This document shows, piece by piece, positions 53,092-63,874 of a stretch of 63,874 nucleotides of DNA. The DNA is from Chiloscyllium plagiosum (taxonomy: Eukaryota). The DNA lies in contig NC_057718.1 in assembly GCF_004010195.1 (NCBI RefSeq), positions 25,676,796 through 25,740,669 of the forward strand. The letters are read 5' to 3'. Each line of letters opens with the position of its first letter. Within the stretch, counting starts at the first letter, position 1. The notes under the pieces are model-generated. The model saw only the letters and a list, made by a program, of their open reading frames with translations. It did not search any database and was not told the origin of the DNA. Position numbers and translations under genes: made by a program.

Positions 53092-53694
53092 CTAAGAAAA
53101 TAGTGGAAGCAGAATCAATATTAATATTCAACAGGGAAATAGTGATGTACTTAAAGAGGAGAAATGTGCAGGTAATGAATTTTTTCAATGAATGAACTGA
53201 TATAGTGGGCTGAAAGGCCTTCTTTGCTACAGGATTCTGTGAGGATTTTAACAGTAGGTGATTACTTCATGGTAAATCTGAATTTCATTCGTATGAATTC
53301 TTACCTTCTGATTTTAATGATTCACACTTTACACTGACATTTGGTCTTGAGAGCAATGCTGAATGCCTGCATATCATTTAGTATTGTTTTATTATGCTTT
53401 TGCATAGGTAAAGCAATTCTTTTCTTTGAAAGAATTCTTTTCAGAAAAAAAAACCAAAAGGAGTTAACTCTAAATTAATAATGTATTGGTCTATCTATAA
53501 TTTTAATTTGAAAAATATACAATGTAGAAATCTAAGAATATTAACAAGAAGTGGAGTCTGCTTCCATCAAATTTCCCTTAGGAGATTAAATAGTAATGTA
53601 TGAAATGTTAAATATCCCACTGTCTGAACTGAAAGATTGAATGGCCTTGTTTTATTCGGTGCTTTCCCCTGCTGTTCTTTGACAGTATGGTATA

Positions 53695-53888
53695 TGGATC
53701 AGGAAAGTCAGTTAGCTTAGCTGGCAGAACAGCTGCTTTGTGATGCAGAGCAATGCTGAAGGTGCTGGTTCTATTCTCATACTGGCTGAGGTGACATGAA
53801 GGTTCCTTTTCCTTCACCTGAGTCATGGTGACCCTCAACCCAAACCATCACCAGTTGTCCCATGAGGGTGTGACTGTGGCAACTTTGC
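53695..53888 (+). mobile_element. Old tRNA-derived SINE of another family
   Basis: A-box-like tagcttagctgg and B-box-like ggttctattctc. Confidence 0.5.
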
Positions 53889-54185
53889 TCACGTCCATGG
53901 GTAATACAGTTACAAGCACTTTCTTTTCAAATGTTTTTGCCATATTGCCAAACTTGCATAGCACTGTTACAGCCTTTCATAGATAAGAAATCGCATGCAG
54001 AATCTCAAAGATGTGCCAACCAGTGAGAACTGTACAGACTTCAATGGCTGAGAGAGGGAAACGAGTTTTCCAATCGAGTAGCAGAAAAGGATATGAATAT
54101 CAAATTTAAACTGTATATGGCTTGTCCATCAGGCTGCTGAACTTATCCGACGAGATAATAATTTAGGTAAAACGAATGTGGGTTT

Positions 54186-54500
54186 CATAGAATCCCTGCA
54201 GTGTGGAAACAGGCCATTTTGCCCAACAATTCCACACTGACCCTCCAAAGAGTAACCCACCCAGACCCATTCCACATTTACCCCTGATTAATATACGTAA
54301 CCTACACACCCCTGAACACTATGGGCAATTTAGCATGGCCAATCCATCTAACCTGCACATCTTTGCATTGTGGGAGGAAACCCACGCAGACACAGGGACT
54401 GTGCAAACTCCACACAGACAGTTGCCTAAGGCTGGAATTAAACCTGGGTCCCTGCTGCTGTGAGGCAGCCGTACTAACCACTGAGCCACCGTGCTGCCCG
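54186..54500 (-). mobile_element. HE1-type SINE
   Basis: Reverse complement of the HE1 head, core and tail. Confidence 0.92.
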
Positions 54501-55021
54501 TAAGTGCTGGCTGCTGGTGGTTGTGGTGTTTCCCTCTAAGATTGAAGTGAAGAAAGAACCATTTCCCACATTTGTGAATTAATCCCTTTGTACAGATGGT
54601 GTCATTATAGATGCAGTAGATATCTTATTGCTGCCCAGATATTGCAGGGAGGCTGCAGTGTAAAACGTGGAGCTTTTGTAAAACTTCACACTCTGTAATT
54701 TTTATTTTGTTGATTTTTGGCCGATGATGCTACTTCAGTTTCCTTCCCAACCACTAAGTAATTTGAAATATTCATTTGTTTTCACATGATATTAAAAGCC
54801 TTGCTTGGGGTCATTATTAATAATTAGTGTGGTTTATTTATCAGTGACTATGTCATTTTATAAACTACATGCATCTATTAAAGCCATGGATGTCAGCCAT
54901 GAGAACTGGAATGCTTATATTACCAAGTCAGTGCCAATTTAAGCACTCCCAGATCTCAAATGCCATCAGCTGGAGAGTTAATCTTCCTTTTTATTGTCTC
55001 AAAGATTTAAAGTTTTGGCAA

Positions 55022-57012
55022 CTTTAGTTTGAGTTTGATATATTGTTGTCACATGTACTGAGATACAGTAAAAAGTATTGTTTTGGGTGCTGTATAGGCA
55101 GATCGTGCCATACCAAGTATGTCAGGGTAGCAGCAGAGAGTGCTCCAGCCACAGAGAAGGTGCAGAAGAGCGATCAGAATTAACATTGGAGAGGTCCATT
55201 CAAAAGTCTGATAACTGCAGGGCAAAAGCTGTTCTTGAATCTGATTGTACCTGTATTGAACTTCTATATCTTCTGGCTGATGGAACCAGAGTGGGAGGGG
55301 TCTTTGATTATTTTGGTTGCTTTCCCGAGGCAGCAGGAAGTATAGATGGAAGGCTGGTTTGTATGATGGATTGGGCTGTATTCACAACTCTCTGTAGTTT
55401 CTTGTGGTCTTGGCAAGATTAGTTGCCATACCATGCTGTGATGCATCCAGATTAGATGCTTTCTATTGCGTATCTATAAGAATTCTGGACATTCTGATAT
55501 TCCTTAGCCTCCTGAGGAAGTAGAGATTTTGTTGTGCTTTCTTGACTGGTGTGTTGACATGAGTGGACCTGGACAGATTGTGGATGATCATCACTCCCAG
55601 GAATGTGACGCTGTCGACCTTCTCCACCTCAATACAATTGATGCAGACAGGGGTGGGCCTTTTCCCCACTTCCTGAAGTCAATGACCAGCTCCTCGTTTT
55701 GCTGACATTGATGGAGAGATTGGTCTCTTTACACCAAGCCGCTAAGCACTCTATCTCTTTCCTTTATTTTGTCTTTTGTTGTTGTTTGAGATCTGACCTA
55801 CAATGGTGGCATTGTCAGCAAACTTGTAAATAGAGTTGTGGCTGAATTTAACCACAGAGTTGTGAGTGTATAAGGGGGCTGAGTACACAGCCTTGAGGGG
55901 CACTGGTGTTGAGGATTACAGTGGAGGAGGTGATTGCAATCTATGGGTTAGGGAGCCAAAGATCCAGTTGTGAAGGCGGTGGGAAGATTCCTAGTTCTCG
56001 GAGTTCAGAGATGAGATTGTTTGGAATTATGGTGTCAAAGATGGCACTGTAGTCAATAAGTAAGAGCCTGATGTAGATATCCTTTTTGTTCAGATGTTTC
56101 AGAGGTGAATATAGAGCCAGGGAGATGGTGTCTGCTGTGGATCTGTTGTGCTGGTAGGTGAAATGAAAAGGATCAAGGCAATTTGGTAGGCAGGATTTGA
56201 TATGAGCCATGACTAACCTCTTGAAGCACTTAGTAATTATTGGGGTCAGAGCCACTGGGTGGTAGTCATTGAGGCACACTGCATGGCACCAGGATGATGG
56301 TGGTGTTCTTGAAGCAGGTGAGGTCTTCAGTTCATAGTAATGACAGGTTAAGGATGTCAGCGAATACTCCTGCCAGCTGATCTGCAAAGGATCTGAATGC
56401 ATGGCCAGGGACTACATCTGGGTCAGTCGCTTTCTGTAGCTTTGCTCTCAAGAATGCTGATCTGACGTCTCTGGCGGTGACCATGGGTACAGGTGCATCC
56501 AAGGCTGTTGGGATAGGTTTCATTGACTTTCTGTTCAAAGCGAGTGTAGAATGCATTGTTGCCTGCAATTCTGTTCGACTTCCCTTTGTGGTTCATCATG
56601 TTGTGTAAGCTTTGCCTCAAATGATGGGTATCCCCTGTGGTAGGTCTGTGTTTTATGCTTTGTGTGATATTGCCACTTGGTGTCTCTGATGTCCTTATGA
56701 AGGTCTTACCTGGATTTCCTGTATAGGTCAGGATAGTCCAACTTAAGTGTGTCAGGGATAGACCTGAACTTCAGTCAGGAGTGGAGTATCCTTCTTCATC
56801 CATAATTTCCTGTTGGGGAACATTTGGATTAATTTCTTCGGTATGCAGTCTTCTACACACTTCCTAATGAAGTCTGTGATGGTAGCGGCATACTCAGTTA
56901 GGTTGGCAGCTGAGTTCTTAAATATGAACCAGTCCGCCAACTTTAAGGAGCCCCAAAGAAACCCTCCCCTTGCATCAGACTAACACTGCAATACATTCTG
57001 TACTGGGTCATC
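55022..57012 (-). mobile_element. Rex1/Babar LINE, 5'-truncated and decayed
   Basis: CLNDYHPVALTPIITKCFKRLV...NRSTADTISLAL...RLLLIDYSAIFDTIIP and KKAQQNLYFLRRL, plus a 3' (tcaaac)n tail. Confidence 0.9.
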
Positions 57013-60000
57013 TTAGGCTATTTACAGAATTTTTGTCAAAATTGAAGGAGTTATCAGTGTATCCAGAATATAAGGTTCACTCTTTGCTCCCATGTTATGT
57101 ATAGTTCACAAAGTTTTCCATTAAATCACAAGACAGGCTTACAATTTAACAAGTATGAATTCATTATGTAAGGAATGAATGTTTTGCCATTATCAGTGTG
57201 CAAAGCCAATAGTTTTATGCCAGGATGAAAAAATGAAACATAAGAACAAGTGAATTTGACTTTGTAAGAAGTATTGACCAGGAATGCGACAATTGTCAAC
57301 TCTGGTCCAATTCACATTGTTATGATCCGAGTTATGAGAACAGTGGACAAGCTTGCTGTTGTAATGATTTGGCGTGATAGACTAAACCTTTGAGGAATAG
57401 AATATATATCAAAGTCAGAAATGAAACAGCAGGATTCTAGGGTTCAAATGAAATGCCAAAATATTTGTACTATACGAAACTTGTATAAAAAAACATACGC
57501 AATAATGACTAATAAGTATCACTAAATATATAACAGAGTTGTTCAAAACCATACACACTATAAATGCGACTTCGCCTGAGACATTCAGGATTAACATGAG
57601 GTAATTATAAGTTAACAGTTGAACATCACTTTCATGGTTTCTGCAGTCAAGGCAGATCCCAGATGTTAGATGTTAGAGGATGATGTCAGTGACACTGCAG
57701 GTCAAATCTCATTCATCTCACTTGGGGGAGACAATGACCTAGTGGTATTATCCTGAGACTATTAATCCAGACACTCACCTAAAGTTCTGGGGAGCTGTGT
57801 TTGAATCCCGCCATGGTACAGAGTAGAATTTCAATTCAATGAAACATACCTGGAATTAAGAATCTACTGATTATTGGAAAATCCATCTGGCTCACTAATG
57901 TCCTTCAGGGAAGGAAATCTGCCTTCCTCACCTGGTCTCACTGACATGAAATTTTAGGCCCACAGCAATGCAATTGATTCTCAACTGCTGTCTGAAATGG
58001 TCTAGCTAGCCAGTTATATCAATCACTACAAAGTATCAACAAAGAAATGAAACTTGGACAGACCACCTAGTGTTGATCTAGGCGCCAGACAAGCCAATGA
58101 CAGCTTTGTTGACCCGACAAAGTCTGCCCTACTAATATTTCTTAGTGACAACATTGGGACAACTGTCTCACAGATTAGGCAAACATCACCCTGAGATAGT
58201 CATACCTTACAGACAATGTCCCAGTTACCACCATCACCATCCTTGGCCATGTCCTGTCCCACTGAAAGGACAGACCCAGCAGAGTTGGCAGCACAGTGAT
58301 ATACAATCGAGGGGAATTCCCCCAGAGTCGTAAACATGGACTCCGAGCCCCTTGAAACTTCCAGCTGGTCACCACTTATCCTCCGGCTGATGAATCAGTA
58401 CTCCTTCATGTTGAACAATGCTTGGGAAGAAGCAATGATGGCAGTAAGACCGCAAAATGTATTCTGGGTGGGAGATTTCAATGTCTACTACCGTAAGTGG
58501 CTCAGCAGCAGTATTACTGATTGATCTGCTCTGCTCCTAAAGGACGGCTGTTAGGCTGGGACTACAGCAGGTGGTGAGGGAACCAAGAAGAAGGAAGAAC
58601 ATACTTGACCTCATAATCATCAATCTGCCAGCTGCAGATGCATCTGTCCATGACAGAACCTCTAAGATTGACTACCGCACAGTCCTTATGGAGACAAAAT
58701 CCCATTTTTACAATGAAAACACCCTCCATTTGTGACACTATCACCATGCTAAATGGGATAGACTTTGAATAGATCTATCAACTCCAGACTGGGTATCCAT
58801 GCCATCAACAGTGGCAGAACTGTAGTCCAGCACAATCTGTAACTTCATGGCCCAGCATATCCCCCCACTCAACCATTGGCATCAAGCCGGGGGATCAATG
58901 GAGAGTGCAGGACAGTATGTCAGAGGCATCATCAAGGCATACTGGTGAAGCTACCAAACAGGATTACTGTATGCCAAACAGTATAAACAGCAAGTGATAG
59001 AGCTAAATGATCCTGCAACCAATGGATTAAGTACAAGCTCTGCAGTCCCATCACGTCAGTTATGAACAGTGGTGGACAATTAAACAACTCACTGGAGGAG
59101 AAGGCTCCACATATATCCCCATCATCAATGATGGAAGAGCTCAGTACATCAGTGCAAAAGATAAGGCTGAAGCATTTGTAGCAATCTTCAGTCAGAAGTG
59201 CTGGGTGGATGATCTATCTCAGCCTCCTCCAGTGGTCCCCAGCATTACAGATACCAGTCTTCATCCAATTCAATTCACTCCCCATGATGTCAAGAAACGG
59301 TTGAAGATATTGGATAGTGCAAAAGTTATGGACCCTGACAACATTCCAGTGAAAGCACTGAACAGTAATGCTCCTGAATTTGCTGCTCCTCTCGCCAAGC
59401 TATTCCAGTGTAGTTGCAACATTGACACCTACCCGACAATTCAAAAATTGCCCAGGTATGTCCTGTACACTAAAAGCAGGACAAATCCAATCTGGCCAAT
59501 TACTGACCATTTTGTGCACTCTGGATCATCAGTAAATTGATGGAAGATGTCATTAAAAGTGCTATCAATCAGCACCTGCTCAGCAATAACCTGTTCAGTG
59601 ATGCCCAGTTTTGGTTCCACCAGGGCCACTCAGCTCCTGACCTCATTACAGCCTTAGTTCAAACATGGACGAAAGAGCTGAATTCCAGAGTCAAGGTGAG
59701 AGTGACATCAAGACTTTAATTCAACCAAGTGTGACTTCAAGGAGCCCTAGCAAAACGGAAATCAATGGGTGTCGGGGGAAAACACTCCGCTGTTTGGAGT
59801 CATACCTGGCAAATAGGAAGATGTTAGTGATTGTTAGAGTCAGTCACCTCAACTCTAGGACATCTCTGCAGGGGTTCCTCAGGGTAGTGTCCTATGCCTA
59901 ACCATCAATGACCTTCCCTCCAACACAAGGTCAGAAGTGAGGATATTCACGAACAATTTTCAGCACCATTCACGACTCCTGGGATACTGAACTAGTCCAT

Positions 60001-60075
60001 GTTCAAATGCAACAATATCTGGGCTGACAAATGGCAAGTAACATTCATGTCTCACAAATGTCAGGCAATGACCAT

Positions 60076-60799
60076 TGTTACAATATGGCGGTGAACCCTT
60101 CTGCTCATTAAACCAAATACCCAGAAAAACTCACCTTGCCTTGTAATGTTAAAATGAGTGACAGAGAACTCCCAAATTCCACAATTTAAACAAAAAAAAT
60201 CAATTTATTCTTTAACTCTAAAAGTGAACATTAAATAACAACTATTTACTAGTCTAAGCCTCCTTTCTCTTAATTGCTTGTTATCTACCTCCAACTCTAT
60301 GACAATACACTGTTCCAAAACAACCCCTATTAAAATTACATCAACTTAATTCCAAAACCACACAGTGGCTGTTGATTCCAGTGTCCTCCTTCTTTCGGTT
60401 GAAAATCTCCTTGGGTTGTCTTCTGTCTTTTACTGCAAAGATGTTTCATATGAGAAAGGTACCTTTGATAGAGAGTCTTTTGATTGGCAGTCTCTCTCTA
60501 AATGCCAGTTACTCTTTGTCTAACTTTCAAAATGTCTGCATCTTTATACTCCAAACATCCAATCATTTCATTGGTTCAAGGTTGGCAAAAACAATAAATT
60601 CAAACTCAATTGGGTTCTAGTATCCCAGGGCATAATTTAAACTGATTAGTTAAATTCGAATTGTTTCATAGTTAAATGTTACATATTTTCAATTTTCCAG
60701 TACACTCCAAGACTGCTAGCTGATCATATGCCAGGTGTTTGTAAGCTCTCAGTGCAAAACAGCATTCACTCTCTCTTAAAGGTACAGTACTTCATAGCA
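60076..60799 (-). mobile_element. Solo LTR (724 bp) with 4-bp TSD
   Basis: TG...CA termini and TSD ccat (60072-60075 / 60800-60803). Removing it restores the LINE sequence gcaatgaccatctccaacaag. Minus-strand TATAAA near 60545 and AATAAA near 60206. Confidence 0.9.
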
Positions 60800-60869
60800 C
60801 CATCTCCAACAAGAGACGATCTAACCACTACCCTGGACATTCAATGGTGTTCCGACTCATCCTTGGATT

Positions 60870-61490
60870 CAGACGGCGTGTACTGGACCGTAGCGCGCCA
60901 TGTGTGCCCAAAGTGTCTCAGAAGAAATTAATCCTCTTTTTCAGGCAGTAAAGGCATCAAGTCTGTGACACCTTCAGACTCTGAAGTTTCTTTGATGGTA
61001 GACAGAGGTGGAGAACCCACAGGTTGCAAGGGACCTGGTTTGTTTCGCTCTTGCTCTGTTTGTGCGTGTACAGCTTTCATGTGGTTCATATGTTTGTTCA
61101 AGACTGCCCTCACCTACTGATCTTTGTACATCATGGGACCTGACCTTGTGTCTACTGTGCCTCTTACCCATGAGCAGCCATTTCTGTGGTTTTGGCACCA
61201 AAAAAATCACACTTCGAAGTCAACTGTCTCTTTCACTTAGAGGAGTCATGTGTTTGGCATTGGTGTTCCTTTTGCTTGGGATAATCACTCTTGCTCCCCA
61301 TAATAAAATACCGTCCTCCACAGTGATCTGGTCTCACTGGGTCCAGAAAGATTTCAATTCTGGTTGTAATGGCCCTTTGTTTGCCCTATCACCTCCACTT
61401 GTCTTGGTTTTGCCAGGATCAGACCTTTTTGAGTCCATGGTCTGCTATTGTCAGCAGTGACTGGAAGGGTATCCATAAAGTTTAAAACCA
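60870..61490 (-). mobile_element. Gypsy pol remnants (pre-integrase linker joined to integrase C-terminus)
   Basis: Minus-strand translation DTLPVTAD...PELKSFWTQ*DQITVEDGILLWGARVIIPSK, then TRSGPMMYK...VLNKHMNHMK. Confidence 0.75.
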
Positions 61491-61594
61491 GAAGGCCGTG
61501 GAGTCCAGGTCATTGAGGAATTTTAATAGAACAGATACATTCTTGAGTATCAAAGGGATTAAGGGTTACAGGGAGAATGGAGTTGAGAAACTTA

Positions 61595-61782
61595 AAGAGT
61601 CAGCAAGTCACCCTTTATTTACATGTGCATAGTACTTGACACTGGTCCAGCTCCCAAAGAGCCAGCTGTCAGAGTGTCAGAATGTCTGTCGCTCCTGTTT
61701 TATCTGTCAGGCAGGTTAATTGTCCCAATCAGGGGACACATATTCTGAGATCCACCTGGCTGACCTCTGTACAATCATTACA
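61595..61782 (-). mobile_element. Short Gypsy-type LTR fragment
   Basis: Begins TGTAATGA on the minus strand, with AATAAA near 61618. Same orientation as the adjacent pol remnants. Confidence 0.55.
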
Positions 61783-62479
61783 AATGCATCTCCAATAACA
61801 TGCAAGCAAGTTCACACCATCCAGGACAAAGCAGCCAACTTCATTGGCATCACACCCACAAACATCCACTCCCTTCACCACAGACACTCAGTTCCAACAG
61901 AGTATACTATCCTGAAAATCCACTGCAGAAATTCACTAAAGATCCTCAGGTTCTATCTTCCAAACTCAGGACCACTTCCATCTAGAAGGACAAGGGCAGC
62001 AGATAAATGGGAACACCACCAGCTGCAAATTCCTCTCCAAACCACTCACCATCTCGACTTGGAAATTTATCACTCTCACTGGGTCACAATCCTGGAATTC
62101 CCTATCCAAGGGCATTGTGGCCCAACCTGTAAGACTGCAATGATTCAAGAAAGCAGCTCTCCACCACTTTCTCAAGAACAACCGGGCAATGGCATTAAGT
62201 GCTGACCAACAAGCGATGCCCACATCCCATGAGTGATTAGAAAAAGATCTCTCTTAATGCGGGCATTTCCAAGTCTTTTTTTTTTAAGATCTAGGATTGA
62301 ATTTCCTCAAAGTCTTTCTGACTTGGACTACCATAATGCCTGCTCATGTCTGGTAATACAATCTTATTTCTGAATTCTGCATTACGCAAAACTGCTGAGA
62401 CCATTCTCAAGAGTGGAAGTACCGGCACACCAGCTTTATCGGGTCATAAAATCGGTAGAGTGAAATGGAAGATAGATGA

Positions 62480-63874
62480 GGAGGCTTTTGAATCTGAAAA
62501 GGACAAGTCAGTTAGTAAAGACAGAGAAGAGCAAATCAGAGAACGAACTAACTCTGAAGAATTAAACTGCATTTATTTCAATGTAAGGTATCCTACAGGT
62601 AAGGCCAATAAACTTGAGGCATGTTCGGGAAAATGGGATTGGGAAGTTATAGCAATTACGGAAATTTAGCTGATGATGGACAGGACTGGCTTAATGTTCC
62701 AGGTTTCAGATGTTGTAGGAAGGATAGAAAGAGAGGCAAAAGAGAAGGCAGAGTGGCGTTTTTGATTAAGGGAAACATTACTGCTGAAACTAGAGAAGAT
62801 ATATCTGAAAAATCATCCTATGAAAATATATGGTTTGCAATTAGAAAGGAAAAGAATTATATTCTTGATCAGGGATTGTACTAAGCACCTCACAAATCAT
62901 CAGAGGGAAATTAAGGAACAAATATGTAGAGAGATCTCAGGTATATGTAAGAATAATAAGGTTATAACAGTAGGTGATTTTAATGTTCCAAACATTGACT
63001 GTGATTATTTGTAGTGTTAAAGGTTTGGATGGTGAAGAGTTTGTTAAATGTGTTCAAGAAAATTTTCTTCAACAATATGGAAATGTTCATACTAGAGATG
63101 GAGCAAAACTTGATCTTCTCTTCAGTAATAAGAGAGGGAAAGTGATTGAATTGATCGCAGGGGAATACTTTGGGTCTAGTGATCATAATTCTATTTGTTT
63201 TAAATTAGTTATGGAAAAAGACAAGACTTCCAAAACAAGGAAAATTTTTAATTGGAGTAAGGCAAATTTGATTGGTAAGATACAAGAACTTGCCAAAATT
63301 GATTGGAGTAGACCATTCACAGTAAAAGGTCGTCTGTTAAGTGGGAGCCTTTCAAAAATGTGATAATGAGAGTTCAGAGGTATTATGTTCCTGCTAGAGT
63401 GAAAGGTAAAGCTCGTAGGAGTAGACAACAATGAATGAATAAAAATATTGAGGTTTGTAGTCAAGAATAAAAACGAATAATATATTAGGTATAGACAACT
63501 GGGATCAAATGAATCTCTCAAACAATATAAAGAGTGTGGAGGCATTCTTAAGAGGGAGATCAGCAAGTCAACCAGGGAATATGAGAGAACCTTGGCAACC
63601 TAGGTTCAGGATAATCCGAAGAGGTTCTATAAGTACGTTAAGAGCAAGGAAAACATCTACAGAGGGATTTTGGCCCCAGAAAGGTCAAAGAGGTTGTCTT
63701 TGTGTAGAACCTCAGGAAATTGGAGAAAAAAAAATGAATATTTTGTGTCAGTTTTTACTGAGTAGAAAGGAATGGAGGCTAAAGAGCTCAGGAAAATAAA
63801 TATTAATGTTTTGAAAACTCCATATTACAGAAGATGTGCTGGAGGTCTTAGAAATATAAAGGTGGATAAATCTC
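62480..63874 (+). mobile_element. CR1 LINE ORF2 5' part (APE endonuclease), running off the window
   Basis: LNCIYFNVR...WDWEVIAITEI, VGDFNVPNID, LDLLFSN and GSSDHNSI motifs. Homologous to 29940-31350. Confidence 0.92.

Larger units (their letters stand above)
57724..62245 (+). mobile_element. Apparently full-span LINE family B with a tRNA/SINE-like 5' head, interrupted by LTR elements
   Basis: Head A box tgacctagtgg (57735) and B box gtttgaatccc (about 57799). APE motifs (HPEIVI, VGDFNV, ILDL) at about 58130-58700, RT at about 59200-60070, 3' end at 61783-62245. Confidence 0.85.

Overview
This is vertebrate nuclear DNA, not prokaryotic. It is almost certainly elasmobranch (shark or ray), inferred from multiple HE1-type SINEs and partner CR1/HER1-type LINEs. 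The window is gene-poor and looks intronic or intergenic; I recognise no intact host protein-coding gene. It is mostly nested, decayed mobile elements: several CR1 subfamilies, a second CR1/L2-group LINE family ('family B'), Rex1/Babar, Gypsy pol remnants and a solo LTR, Penelope-like elements (PLEs), HE1, Deu-domain and other tRNA SINEs, MITEs, microsatellites and two assembly gaps. Four observations stand out. (1) PLE-derived units carry minimal hammerhead-ribozyme motifs with covarying stems; one copy at 46991-47034 is intact, and several units are 120-200 bp, often foldback, with long target-site duplications (TSDs). (2) A LINE starts with a tRNA/SINE head, has no ORF1, and has a matching head+tail SINE in the same window. 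(3) A 340-bp copy of nearby sequence is pasted into a CR1. (4) LINEs break SINEs beside their B box three times. Everything was read by eye, so boundaries of old elements are approximate and family names need Dfam/Repbase confirmation.
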